Shown here in pieces: positions 27,575 to 41,858 of a stretch of 64,000 nucleotides of DNA. Under the pieces are notes generated by a model, which had not been told where the DNA came from, ran no database searches, and saw only the letters and a list, made by a program, of their open reading frames with translations. This DNA comes from Octopus sinensis (taxonomy: Eukaryota), in NCBI RefSeq assembly GCF_006345805.1, contig NC_042997.1, forward strand, positions 147,870,001 through 147,934,000, read 5' to 3'. The position numbers were made by a program, and so were the translations under genes. Position 1 is the stretch's first letter. Each line of letters starts with the position of its first letter.

Positions 27575-28068
27575 AGTAGTAGTAGTATCTTTATTATTAT
27601 TATTTGGTTTAGCATTTTTTTCTTTTTGATATTAAGTATTAAGACTGAACAAAAGGCTTTTGATGTAAGGTACCTTTCTAAGAATATGAGCAATTCTAAG
27701 AATGAAATAGGTTTGAAGCATTTGCATGTCATTTTGATGTCCAAGGATTCCATGTCGCGTGACAGATTTTCGGTTTTGTTTTTATATATAACAGAATGTA
27801 CCATTGATAATTGACACAGCTTTTACTTTTACTGTTAAATGCACAATGAAGTCGATGGACTTGCTAAAACCCAAATTTTCTCCAAAACACGCACATCTCT
27901 GAATTGAAATAGCACGTAATGTACAATGAATGCTTAACGTTTAAGAAAATTAGAAACTAATTAGATTTCACTTTTCTCGACTGCAGGGTGACAAAGCCAG
28001 CGGTGTAAACACTGTATTTACGATTCAAAGCTAAATTTGAACGTTCACGAAATCAACAACATGAATGA

Positions 28069-28232
28069 GCACAGGCATTGCTGTGTGGTTAAGAAACTCG
28101 CTTGGTAACAACGTGGTTTCCGATTCTGTGTCCTTGCGCGACACATTGGGGAAGAAACTTTTATTATAGCTGCGGATCGACCAATGCTTTGTGGGTGAAT
28201 ATATCAGACGGAACTGTGCAGAAGCCCGACCG
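28069..28232 (+). mobile_element. SINE family C head
   Basis: GCACAGGCATTGCTGTGTGGTTAAGAAACTCGC...CGACCAATGCTTTGTGGGTG...GACGGAACTG, followed by (TA)n. Confidence 0.7.
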
Positions 28233-28263
28233 CACTCGAATAACTGAATCAAATAAAACAATA

Positions 28264-28384
<121 letters not shown>

Positions 28385-28392
28385 TATATATA

Positions 28393-28445
<53 letters not shown>

Positions 28446-28717
28446 CATACACACATACACATAGATGTATATATATTTATATTCATACACAGATACATAC
28501 CTACATATATATATATATAATACTAAATAATTAGGGTTCAGCAACGATTTGCCTCACCACATGCTGAAGTTTAGAAATAGCAGTCAAAATCTTGGCTATT
28601 CTTTCTACTTTAAAGGGAGATCCCAGAGAAACCAAAACACTCAAAAGCAAACCATGCAGGTAGAAGGGAAATTACTGATTACTTCGTAAGTAACTAATTT
28701 CACCCTTTGTTATTATG

Positions 28718-28805
<88 letters not shown>

Positions 28806-29359
28806 AACAAATAAACAAACGAGACAAGCAACAAAAAGCACAATCCCGTTATTAGTTGTCCCCTGTTTTATCCACTCCGCATTTCGAACGTTAGGACAAG
28901 ATGCGTCTTCGTCAAAACAGTCGTTCTCGCAAAGCAAATTAAATAAAATTTGGGATTTGCGGAGGGTTAAATTGGTAACAAAAACAGGGCAGTTAAAACA
29001 AACGGAAAGGGCCGTTGAGCCATAAGGAGGTGAAGTGGTTAACGCTGGAGAAACAAGATTTGACATGCAAAATTGTGTGTTGCCTCTTGTAGCATAAGGA
29101 GGAGAAAGAAAGATAGCCGCTTGTCACGTGTGAGCAATGAGAGAGTCAAGGAGGAAGAGTGAGGAAGTGTGAGAGAGAGGGAGTTAGAAGTAGAGAAAGG
29201 GTGGGAGAGAAAAAGGAAGAAGAAGAGAGGGAGAATAGAGATAGTGATAAGTTGTAATAGAAGTGTCGCATCGGAATTATTAAGATATATATACATATAC
29301 ATTTACATATACATATACATGACGGGTTTTTTTGTTTATAATATAGTATAATAAAGCTA

Positions 29360-29535
29360 TGAGCTGGCAGAATATTTAGGGTTCCGAGTAAATGCTTAGC
29401 GGCATCGGGTCCTCCTTTACGTTCAAAGTTAAAATTATGTCGACTTAGTCTTCCATCTTTTCGGAGTGGATAAAGTAAATACCAGTTGAACACTGTGGTC
29501 GATGTAATCGACTTACCCCTCCTCTAAAGTTGTGC
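29360..29535 (+). mobile_element. SINE family A, diverged
   Basis: GAGCTGGCAGAA...ATGCTTAGCGGCAT...ACCAGTTGAACACTGTGGTCGATGTAATCGAC. Confidence 0.75.
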
Positions 29536-29564
29536 ATATATAGCATAACATAAATTTCTCTCTA

Positions 29565-29690
29565 CCAACTCCATTCACATAGATTTGGTCATTTCGGGGC
29601 TAAGAAACCTGCCCAAACTGCCACGCAATGAAACTAACACGGAATCCTTTGCTTGAGAAACGCACTTCTCATCTCACAGTAACGCCCGCT
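29565..29690 (-). mobile_element. SINE family C head, diverged
   Basis: Minus strand TGTGAGATGAGAAG...TTGCGTGGCAGTTTGGGCAGG...AGCCCCG...GACCAAA. Confidence 0.5.
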
Positions 29691-29755
<65 letters not shown>

Positions 29756-30379
29756 GTCTGTCTATCTATCTATTTGTCCTTTTATCTGTCAATCTATATA
29801 CTGGTCCATCTAATTTTGGTCACAGCAGGAGTTAGAAAATATGATATAGTGATATGGTGATGCCTGTTGCATCCACTGATGACCTACATTAATGATTCAC
29901 TTTTTGAATGTGCTTCTGATGGATCAGGGTTGACTTGGGAATTAACAACAAGAGCAACTACATCCATAATATCCGTTAATGCCGATAATAATCCAATTAC
30001 CAATTAACGTCACGTTTCCTTATCAACAACCCCATCACACAAAGCCTAGCCATTCTCACCATTGCTAACTAATATTTTTTCCACTTATTCCAAAACACAG
30101 CCCGAGCAGCAACATCAGCGCATGCAGCAGGAAGAGCAACAACGCTTGTACAGACTTGCTATAGCATCATCATCATCATCAGAAAAAGCAGCAGTAGCAG
30201 CAGCAGCAGCAAAATAAGGAGTCGGGAATAAAATAATATCAAATGTAATAGAAATAATGCTTACTGCTTCTACTGCAAATAATAAAATAATAATATCGTA
30301 ATTCCTTCTCTTGTTACTTCTGATTGAAGTCATGCGGAAGCTCACAGTCCTGGCATACTACTAGGGAAACAACAGCACA

Positions 30380-30404
30380 AACCACCACCACCACCACCAC
30401 CACC

Positions 30405-30472
<68 letters not shown>
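30380..30472. repeat. (CCA)n(CTA)n microsatellite
   Basis: Direct reading. Confidence 0.95.
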
Positions 30473-31416
30473 ATCATGAATGAAACTGTGTCTCTGTTGA
30501 CAGGTGTTATTAAACCACCCGGTCTGCTATCTGGTGGTTTACAGAAATAACCCAGTGTTAAACGTGGTGAGTTCACAGCATTCGTATGGTGCAATATGTC
30601 GTTGCCCCTTCTGTTCAGTTTGTGGCTAGTATTTCAGGGCCCAGTATGCGGTTCTTGCTTTCAAACCGAGTTATTTGCATGCGTCTTTATGAAGCTTTTC
30701 AGAAGCCTATTTGTGACATAAGCCAACATAAAATGCCGAAAGCATGGAATAAAAACAAAATCCATTGCGTGAAAAATCTATTATTTCTACTGCACAACTC
30801 GCACATCTGAATTTCAGAAACAACGTCTTTCCATTAAATCTTTTTTTCCTTATTTCCATTAATTCCATCTGCAGCCTCTAATGTTTCCCAACTCACTCAA
30901 TCATCAGAAGGCTTTTTGAATACTATACTTATTGCGTTGATCCACCTTGTGCCTTTCTCTCTTAGTGATATTTTGTTGTTTTTGTTTTTTTTTTATTTTC
31001 TCCTAACGGACAGCAACACATTGCCCGTCCTTGTTTATCTTCAACTCTAGTTGAAAATTCATCTCCCTCTGTCGGCGATATGTTTTGTTACGTGTGAGTT
31101 CCCAAGATGACTGAAATTAGTTGACTCAGGACTTCAATAATGGCAGCATATAGGGAACTAACGTCATCTTCTCCATATAAATTAAGCTAAATCTCTTTTT
31201 CTTGTTTACTCCGTAAGAACGGTCCTGTTTTCGGATATGTTGAAATTTCTACATTGTAACATTCCTCTCTCTCTCACGCTCTCCTCCTATAGTGATCTGT
31301 TGTTTTCTCTCTCTCTCTACCTCAGTTATATTCTCGTTGTTGGTTTTTTTCCCCTCCTAACACACAGTAACACACTTACCCATTCAGGAGGGCTTCAATG
31401 TATATATATAACACGT

Positions 31417-31937
31417 AAGGTTGTGCGCTGGCAGAAACGTTAGCACACCGGGCGAAATGCGTACCCGTATTTCGTCTGCCGTTACGTTCTGAGTTCAAAT
31501 TCCGCTGAGGACGACTTTGCCTTTCATCCGTTCGGGGTCGATTAAATAAGTATCAGTTACGCACTGATGTCGATGTAATCGACTTAATCCGTTTGTCTGT
31601 CCTTGTTTGTCCCCTCTGTGTTTAGCCCCTTGTGGGTAGTAAAGAAATAGTTATTTTGTCTGTCGCTACGTTCTGAAAGAAATAGGTATTTCGTCTGCCG
31701 TTACGTTCTGAGTGCAAATTCCGCCAGGGTCGACTTTGCCTTTCATCCTTTCGGGGTCGATAAACTAAGTACCAGTTACGCACTGGGGTCGGTATAATCC
31801 TTGTTTGTCCTCTCTGTTTGTAGCCCCTTGTGGGTAGTAAAGAAATAGGTAGTTCGTCTGCCGTTACGTTCTGAGTCCAAATACCGCTGAGGTCGACTTT
31901 GCTTTTCATCCTTTCGGGGTCGATAAATTAAGTACCA
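31417..31937 (+). mobile_element. SINE family A head-to-tail concatemer
   Basis: One head, then units 31467-31650, 31651-31685 (internally deleted), 31686-31848 and 31849-31937 (truncated), each joined after AAAGAAATAG. Confidence 0.92.
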
Positions 31938-33711
31938 TTTTATTTACATTCCCCCACACACCAAATACTGGTATTACATAGATCAAAAGTTTTGCTACTC
32001 TCACTTAGCTATGCTTGTTAGTATACTCTTCGCCCTGTATCCTTACACAAATGCATAATACTCTTAGTCCCTTCCAAAGATATAAATCCAATTTGTAACG
32101 AGTCTCTGCACACAGAATATCCCGATTCAGCGATCTCCTTTTATAAAAATGCTAGCTCACTTAATCTCTGATACTTCAGCTAATTGGATAGAACATCACT
32201 CTTCTATTCTGACTATACCTGACAGAAAACGAGCTTTACATAGTCTGAGTAAGCTAAAAATTTCATGAAGAATTTATTTCTAAGCATAATTCTTGAGATA
32301 TAATCAAAGTTCATAACTGTAAACCACCAACTAATTTACCTACATCTGAACTACAACAGGCTATGAACTCTGGGTTATCTAGGGGCTAGTGAAAAGCCTT
32401 TACAGTATATTTCTATTTATTTACTAGCCAAAAAACTTATAAGATTAATAATATGTGGCTATGATAGGATGATATGGTGCACCGCACATTCACTAAACTG
32501 TGCTGCTATTTTAAAATTGCAATAGATCTATCATATTCCTTATTAGGTTTTCTAACAATTTTATGGAACACTCTGGAATACGACAGTAAGAAGTTAGGCT
32601 AGGAGTCAGCATCGCCGCACATGAACTGATGCAGTACTATTTTAGTTCAACTGTAACAGATTTAATAACTAAGAATATGCAATAATTCAAAAGGTAGTCG
32701 GTGATATATTAGTGTATATGAATGAAAGAAACGGAAAAATCGAACTCAACTATTCCCTATAATAAAAAAGAAAGCATTGGTATGTTCCCTACAAGTTGCC
32801 CATCCACTTAAACAGCCACACAGGATGTGGAAAGCAATATAGATAAGACAGATTTATACATATGTGTACATGTATATTAGAAGGCAAATGAACATGGAAT
32901 GCAAACTTTTGAAAGAAAACATGAGAAGAAATCCTTCAGAGAAAATGAGAAAGAGAGAGAGAGAGAATGAGAGAGTTGGAGGTATACAGGAAGATAGTGA
33001 CTGAAAAGGAGAGAGTATTATAGGTCGATAGGGAGAAAGAAAAGGAGGAAGCACGTAAGTGCGATAGTGATAGTGAGCAGAGAGAGAGAGCGAGAAAAGG
33101 AGAGAGAAAAAAGAAAGAGAGAAAGAAAAAGATAGAGAGAAAGAGAGAGAGGGAGCGAAAAGGAAAGTTACAGAATAGGGAAACAGAGGTGAATAATCAA
33201 TATGCAGAACATGTAGAATCCTTACTGATCAATTTTCCTGTTGGTAAGAGATGAAAACCAATAAAGCCTGAAGGAACCCAACCGTTCAAATTTAGATGAT
33301 TTTAATGAGATTACTGAAAGCGGAAACTTTATATCTTGCTCCTTTGCTAAACCATGTGATATCAAATAACACCCGAAAGCTGCAACAGAGTTTGTTTGGA
33401 GGTAGCGTTATAGATATTACATGCTATACACTTGATGGATGATACGTATCCAGATCACAATCCCCACTTATTGTACACTATTAGGCATCATGTTAAAACT
33501 TTGTGGCTGGACTTGAACATACTAATATCAACTGTGCAACTGTTTGCTCTGCTTCGCTTTAGTTTTCAAAGTCGTCCCATCTCACAACAACACGATCTAA
33601 AACGTACGTTCAGTGAGGTCATTAAACGCTTAACATGTAAGGAGTCCAGCTGTGATGTTTGGGATACAGGAAGTCTCTTTCCGACTCAGTTCACACTTTC
33701 TTAGGCATCAG

Positions 33712-33862
33712 TATAATGATGATGATGAGAAGGAGGATGACGATGATGATGATGTTGAAGATGATAATAATGATGATGATGAGGTTGATGACGACGACGA
33801 CGATGTTGATGATGATGATGATGACGATGACGACGACGACAATGACGATGATAATGATGATA
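33712..33862. repeat. (GAT)/(GAC)n microsatellite
   Basis: Direct reading. It explains the poly-Asp ORF. Confidence 0.95.
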
Positions 33863-33864
33863 TT

Positions 33865-33990
33865 TTCTATTGTAGGCAAATGACCCGAAATTGTAGAAGA
33901 GAGGAAAATAAGTCGATTACATCTACCTCACTTGTTTATCCCCGAAAGGATGAAATGCAAAATTCGATCACGGCGGAATTTGAATTCATA
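33865..33990 (-). mobile_element. SINE family A fragment
   Basis: AAGTCGATTACATC...CCCGAAAGGATGAAA...GGCGGAATTTGAA. Confidence 0.7.
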
Positions 33991-34550
33991 TGATATGAAT
34001 TTTGCTTTTGGTGAAGTGATTTAATTTTCCCGGGAATTGGACGCCGCCTCTCATTTCTTTTAGCTTTTTTTATTTTATCCTTTTAGGAATTTTTGACAAA
34101 GTGTGATATTTTCGCCTAAGCATCTGATTCTCATCATTGTTAGTGGATGGGATGAAGATGTGAGCGACGGTTCGTGGTCGATTTGTGTCAGTTGCTGTTA
34201 TTACTTTGCTGGTTGTTACTGGGAACCCACTTTTGTATCTCAAGGTTTGCTCTTGATAATGGAGACAGGGCAGTTTCCCTTGCCAGCTGAAGAGTTGTGA
34301 TTAACGTTGCCAAATGACTAACAACCCACTTCGTTTCTTGTTGCATTTGTTTGTTCTGTTACCAACCGCTACAGGACAGTTCTGTTATAATCTTTAGATT
34401 TTGCATGGTCATGAAGACTTGTATGACGATGGCGATCTCACCCGATCACATACTGTTTAATGTTACACTTGCGCTTAACTCTTAACTATATCTTCCCGCG
34501 AAGGTGATAGCTAATTGACACCAACGGCACTTCTGATAGTGATGTTTGTA

Positions 34551-35773
34551 TTAGGTTGTTGTGCATGAAATATCGCATTTTAAATTACTTGTTACTTCAG
34601 TAATTTAAAAACTCAATTATGTACACCTTGCATTTATTTTTGACTCTGTTTCTTAACCAACAATATTGGTATACAAAATTCGTATCCACAAACCATATGA
34701 AAATGAAAACAACCAAACTATTTTAAGAGATTTTCTCGTATGAGTACAATCTGGGCCACTCTGCTTCAGAAGCTCTTCGGAATATCAAGCGGGCCTTTGG
34801 TAATGATTTTGTTGACAACAGAACTGTTCAGAGATGGTTACAAAGCTCTCGTCCTGGTGATGATAACTTCAAAATAAAGCAAGGGATAGGCCAAAATCAG
34901 TTATTCGGCATGATGGATTAAATGCTTTGGTTGAACAAAATCCGAGAACAAAGGTTTGAAACTCCAAACATCTTGCACAACTGTTTTTGGATACCTGTAA
35001 AAAGTCGGAAAGTCAAGAAAACGGATAGATTTGTTCCATATCAACTGAACGAGATTAAAAAAAGGAATAAAACACGTCTCGATGTGTGCTCTTTATTGCT
35101 TTCTCGACTGGAAAAAGACCATGTTTGCACCAACTCATTACTTAATGAGAAATGGATACACTTTCACAACAGCAGAACAGGACAGTGATTAGATGCAGGA
35201 AATTCACATAAACACTACTCATTTCACTCTGAAAAGTTAGTGTTCACTCTATGGTGGTCCGCGAAGGGAGTTATTCATTATTCATTTTTGCAACAAGGAA
35301 AAATTGTATCAGCAAATTGTAACAGGAAATTGATTGTATGCCTGAGAATTTGAAAAAGAAGCAACCCAGACTAGTGAATAGAGATGGCCCAAGTTTGCTC
35401 CACGACAATGCACGTTCTCACACTCCTCAAGCTACGGTTCAAAAGTTGCAAAGCCTGATTTATGAAATTTTGCAACATCCACTCTATTCCCCTGATATCT
35501 CTCCTACTAATTATCACTTATTTAAGCATTTTGAGCTTTTCATAAGCAATGAAGCATTCTTCAGTAGAGAAGAGATAATTGAAGCATTCGGACAGTTTAT
35601 TAGAGCAAAACATGAAGTTTTGTTAAAAATAGAATATATGACATACAGAAACGTTGGGTAAACGTCATAAATGAACTCGGATCATACTTTGATTAAATAA
35701 ATCAGTTCTCTAACACTTATGAAACATTTTATTGTTACCTATCAAATACGACATTTCAAGTAAAATGACCTAA
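34551..35773 (+). mobile_element. mariner DNA transposon (1223 bp) with decayed transposase
   Basis: Imperfect TIRs TTAGGTTGTTGTGCATGAAATATCGCATTT and TTAGGTCATTTTACTTGAAATGTCGTATTT (reverse complement), with TA TSD. Confidence 0.92.
34697..35696 (+). pseudogene. mariner transposase pseudogene
   Basis: NRTVQRW (HTH), FVPYQL (cf. WVPHEL), LNEKWIH (cf. TGDEKW), LLHDNARSH, HPLYSPDISPTNYHLF, terminal GSYFD*. Several stops and frameshifts. Confidence 0.9.
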
Positions 35774-36334
35774 TATATACATATTTCCAAATAATGTGGA
35801 ATTAGCTTATGAACAGGTGTCTCTTATACTATTTAGACTGGAATTTTTTTACTGTTCTCGGTTTTAAAAATTCCACATGCGATGTCACATGCCGTTCCTT
35901 CTAATATGAGCACAGTGCCATATCTATTTCGGGTTTCGGTGGGTCTTGTTTCCCTTCCAGAGGCCTCTGTAATTACTTGTGGATGATAGGTTCTAGTTTA
36001 GAGTACAAAATATATCCAAGCATTTCTTCTCACAAGAAAATGTTCCATATGGACAATTTTAAAGAGTTGACAAAACCTTAACGGAAATTTATTTTTCGTT
36101 GTTCGTATTTACTCACAAAACCATAAATGTGTGCATGCTTGGTATCGTTGATGCTGTGTCGACAAGATTTTAGTCTTTTGAGTTAAAAGTCAGTGTATAC
36201 TCTCTCTCGCTTCATGCATTAACATCTGCGTTTTGCTTGTTCCTTCTTTGTCGTGAATTGTATAATCTGTGTATTTATTTGGAGTGTGAGGCGTGTGACA
36301 TAAATTGTTCATTGCCATTATATTTTTCTGATGA

Positions 36335-36392
36335 AGACGTACGAAATAACGCTAAGTATTTTGCCTAGCGTGCTAAAGATTCTGCCAGCTTT
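36335..36392 (-). mobile_element. SINE family A head fragment
   Basis: ACGAAATAACGCTAAGTATTTTTGCCTAGCGTGCTAAAGATTCTGCCAGC is the reverse complement of the head. Confidence 0.7.
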
Positions 36393-36454
36393 AACAGAAA
36401 CAACAACAACAATAGACACAAAACAGCAACAGCAGCAACAGCAGCAACAACGAC

Positions 36455-36456
<2 letters not shown>

Positions 36457-36519
<63 letters not shown>

Positions 36520-36520
36520 C

Positions 36521-36599
<79 letters not shown>

Positions 36600-36638
36600 T
36601 CGATATCCTATCTATCTATCTATTTCTGCATGTACATA

Positions 36639-36720
<82 letters not shown>
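36457..36720. repeat. (AAT)n, (TA)n and (TG)n microsatellites
   Basis: Direct reading. Confidence 0.95.
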
Positions 36721-36721
<1 letters not shown>

Positions 36722-37698
36722 TTACAAAAATGCAAATATGTAAGGGAAAATACATAGTTGAGCTAGTTTATTTCCCAAATGTCTAGGATTCACTCTAGAG
36801 TTCCTCAGATTTTCCAACGTGCACCTCATATCAAAGTTATAACAGCAATAACGATCAATCGATTTTATACAAATGCATGTTTGTAGATCGCTTATTGTTT
36901 GCCATATACATTTAACCGGACGATGAACAATCAGGCTATGGAAAGCGCAGCTATCTTCATTTGTATATCGACATTAGTATCATACTTTTGAACACAAACT
37001 TAATGCAATATCATTAATTAGATTGATTTATTATTCGACTGTTCTTTAGCCATAAGCCTCTCTTGAATGAATAAGACGTACAATTAAACAACATTCCAAA
37101 ATTGACCAACACACGTGATTTTAGTAAGACCTTATCTCAGTTCACATTCTGAAAATGTGTCCTTCATTTTCACGCTTCTTTTAGAAGGTGCTTTAAAGAG
37201 ATTAGACTACTTTTTCCAGTAATCAATCAACGGCGAGGAGGCTTCATCAATTACTAGACACTCTTACAATATTTAAATACTGCAAACATATCATGATTTC
37301 AAAGAAATGTACCGTTGTATTTTGAAAATATATGTTTGTTTGGGAGAAATAAAATTATAATCTATTCGGATTGTTCCGTTATAGAATTTTAGAAAAAATA
37401 TCGTTAATATCAAATGAAAAAATAAAACAAAATTAGTAATAGATTAATGTGATACCTGAACACAATTATGTAGAGGTACATATTGTATCAGTTTAGTTCC
37501 TAACCGTATATTTTATCGGATTCACGATTAAGGATTATGGATTGAAATTTAGAAACTCGGACTTCTTACTGTGAGTTTCTTAATATTCTTTAGTGGCCTG
37601 GCCATATCACTTTGAACTAGTTACCTTCAAGAGTTATATATTTATCATACATATATGCGAACATATATACATACAAACACACACTCTCAGGCATACCC

Positions 37699-37791
<93 letters not shown>

Positions 37792-39561
37792 TTGATGAAA
37801 TGGCACAAAACCTTGGCCGTAGTCCAATGACTGAAATCAGTAACAAAATAAACAAGTAACCATGAAAACTATCTTTAAGTGCAATGAATCTGGAAAGTGT
37901 GAAGATGGAGTAGAAAAAAGTGGTTTTAACAGAGAATTAATTAATACAAATTAGTGTCTAGAATCTAAGGTGGTGAGAATTTGTCCTTAATTGGTATGTT
38001 GAGAGAAAGAACGAAGATTGCGTTGTCTGTTTATATTTGTTTTTCTTGCTCACACAGGTCGAGGCCAGGAACGTTATATTTTTGTCTTCTTTCAGTAATT
38101 AAAATGCTCAAACCGTTGAACAATTGTCATATCTATATTTTGAGTTCTTATGATTTTAATCAATTAACAAAAGTGTATTTCATTCAATTTTAAGTGGTCA
38201 ATATGTATATTTTCTTCTTTACCATCCTAGTTACTTGCTGCACCCAAATATCTAAATGTATGTAGCTTCTATTATTATAATACTGAGGTCAGTAGACGTC
38301 ACACTCGCGGTAATGAAGTGGGAAATTGATTAAATATTAAAATATGTCTAGCATTACTTCTCTCTCATCCCTGACGATCACACAAGTAATTTTGATACAA
38401 AATATATTATTAATTGATTGCTATCGACTAAACTGCATTATTGTCCATTATTCTGCTGTATGGTAATCGCACGGAACCTAATGGGAAATGTTCTACACAT
38501 ATCTTGATCAACAAATACAATTATTAATTTTATCAGCGGGAAAAACAGATTTCCCCAGTGAAAACCTCAACTTCAAATTTCAATTGTAAATCAAGATTAG
38601 CCCTAGAGAAATATAGAAATAATAAATATAGTTGATTTAATCGAAAAGATAACTTTCAGAATGTTTGAAGTTTGTAAAGAACAATCTGCTAAAAAATTAA
38701 CTACGGGAAATTTGCATTATAAGAGACATAGTGTTGCTGGTAAAACAGGAATTACACAAAGCTAAAAATGTAGGATATTGACTATGCAATATGAAACTGA
38801 CGAAACCAAACGACCAGCACATCTAAAAGGTGTTTCCTCTCTTTACCAGAACACTACTCGGCCAAATTGCTTATTTAACAATTTCGCTGTAACCTGGAAG
38901 GTAGCAAGAGGATAATTAACCAAGATTAGAGGCTTGGAGAATTCTGAGGGAAAATAGAAGTATGTGTCATGATTCATGAAATTTATTCTACAAACCCAAG
39001 ACATGTACTGAAAACTTGCAAAATGTATCTAATTGCAAGATGGTAAAATTTAGAGCTGTATTATGTCTAGCTCGAAAGAACCTGTACAATGTAACCGATG
39101 AGATCCTACATAAAGTCTTTCCATACAAAGCTTGGATCAATCTGCATCTAAGGTGTAACTGAATTTTTCAGATCGAACCCCGATCTCTATGCTTGCGAAC
39201 TGAATTCCTTAAGCACTTAAATATGTTTTTTGCTAATGTATCCGCATTATATTTTGTTTCTCTTTTATATTAGAAGTGTTCCCCCGATGTCGGGTAATAC
39301 TATTTTTCAATGTAAATGTCATAATGTTTTATATGTCTGTTGTATTTATTTTCAATAACATTCGAAAGTTACTTACTATTATGGCCATTAATCCTGCACC
39401 GATGACAACAATCTAGTCATCTGTATCTGCATAGATTTGTGTTTTGGTTTGTATTATAATTTCAACTGTATGAGGGTTTCTTATGTCCAAGACCAGAATG
39501 CCCTAAGAATACAAAAGCATCACAGACGTAAAACAGTATGTATATTTATACACACACTTAC

Positions 39562-39678
<117 letters not shown>

Positions 39679-39946
39679 AGATGTATTCTATTGCAATTTG
39701 GGTCTTGATTAGTTAGAATGTTCTTTCCTGATGATCTTCAACAATGCTATCCAGTCTTCAGTCTGCTCTCTCTTTCAGAATCAGTATGCGTCAGTGTATG
39801 AAAATGTTATCATTATTTGATACTGTGTGCTATTTGTGATTTTTTTTATTGTCCCATTACTCTTCCATGGGTTTTCAATAACGCTGGCGTAATATTTTTT
39901 CGCTCAATGAAATCTCCAACGATATTTGCAGGGAATATATTATATG

Positions 39947-40039
<93 letters not shown>

Positions 40040-40055
40040 CACTACTACTACTACT
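39947..40055. repeat. (CTA)n microsatellite
   Basis: Direct reading. Confidence 0.95.
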
Positions 40056-40711
40056 TTATATAGTTGTTTGAAGTAAACACCAAGTCATATCATTTTCTGA
40101 TGCTTTTAATATGAAAAATACGTGTTTCTAAATTTTCTACCTGCATTGTATTTCATATCATTTTATTCATACAACGAATACTACTTGAAACACAAACATA
40201 CATATCGTCATTTGCAGTAGTAGTATTAGTAGTAGATCTTTTTCAATTCCTCCCTCACCAGGACCCTTAAATCCATGGCAAAATAACAATTGTAGTCAGT
40301 GAGACGATTTAGATTTTATGCTGATGCAAGGAATTTGCATATGATGTTTGAAAAGACAGAAATAAGTTTACTAAGTTTTATTTACTCTGGCGATAAACTC
40401 CACATATTTGAATAATAACGGATACATATTTATTATTTTTTAAAAAGTAACTCTAATCCCAGAGTAAATAGCATAGGAACTACTTCACTGTTGGCAATCA
40501 TTTTCAGTTAAATAGGCGCCAAGGGTAGTAATGGAGGGTATGCAAAAATCATATACACAGTCTTTGATGTTTGATAACGAAGAGAAAACGACTTAGTAAT
40601 ATTGTTAGAGGTTGTTAGCAAATAATTGTAACGGATATATCTAAACAACAACGACAATAACAACAGTACCATCATCATCATTATTCGCAACAACGAAAGC
40701 AAACAAACTGC

Positions 40712-40730
40712 AATAATAATAATAATAATG

Positions 40731-40795
<65 letters not shown>
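40712..40795. repeat. (AAT)n microsatellite
   Basis: Direct reading. Confidence 0.95.
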
Positions 40796-40796
<1 letters not shown>

Positions 40797-41435
40797 GAAA
40801 AATATTTGCTTGTTGCTAGGATAGTGACACTGGCGTCAGTAAGATTACACTTTCAATCAAAATTGAAAAATAGAAGAAAACCAAGACTTATGCATCGAAT
40901 GTATTTGATTCAACATTCGGGCATCTATCCATACTGAATGAAATCTGAATAAAGAAGCAAGCGGATAAACGTGATAGAGAAATTGTACAGTATTTCTATG
41001 AAGTTTTAGTGTATGACGTTTATGTTAAGATTCCATTTATGCAGAATCGAACACAACTGAAAACCACCGATAATTGTGAACCAATTTTGACAAGCATACA
41101 CACATATTCCTGTATTTGTATGTGTGTGTTACTAGGTTACGTTTGTATATGTGTAAGGTTGTCTATGCGTTTGACTATAGCAATTGCGATAAAATGTACG
41201 GACATATTACAAATCTATCACTCGGTTCAGTTATTAATCTATATATCGATTTTTCTTGTAGCTATACCACATCAATCGATACAGCACCGCAGTCTAAATA
41301 TATTGGCAATTATGTAAGCATATATTCGCATTCCTACATATATTTCAATGTGATTCCCTATATCCTATTCTACCAAAACAGATGCGCTCGCTTGCATATA
41401 ACACGCACACGAATGGTCGTTAAAACCGCTCCCTG

Positions 41436-41858
<423 letters not shown>

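Noticed and set aside
31467-31848. Hammerhead in the SINE concatemer unit; also CRISPR-like periodicity
   Set aside because: No CTGANGA/GAAA core was found on either strand. The units are homologous along their length with no unique spacers, and the context is eukaryotic.
36326-36350. CTGATGAAGACGTACGAAAT hammerhead-like string
   Set aside because: The GAAA part belongs to a minus-strand SINE head, and stems I and III cannot form.
38400-39100. Possible RTE-like LINE remnant (also 13080-14330 and 32000-32550)
   Set aside because: Only vague compositional and peptide hints, with no diagnostic motif readable.
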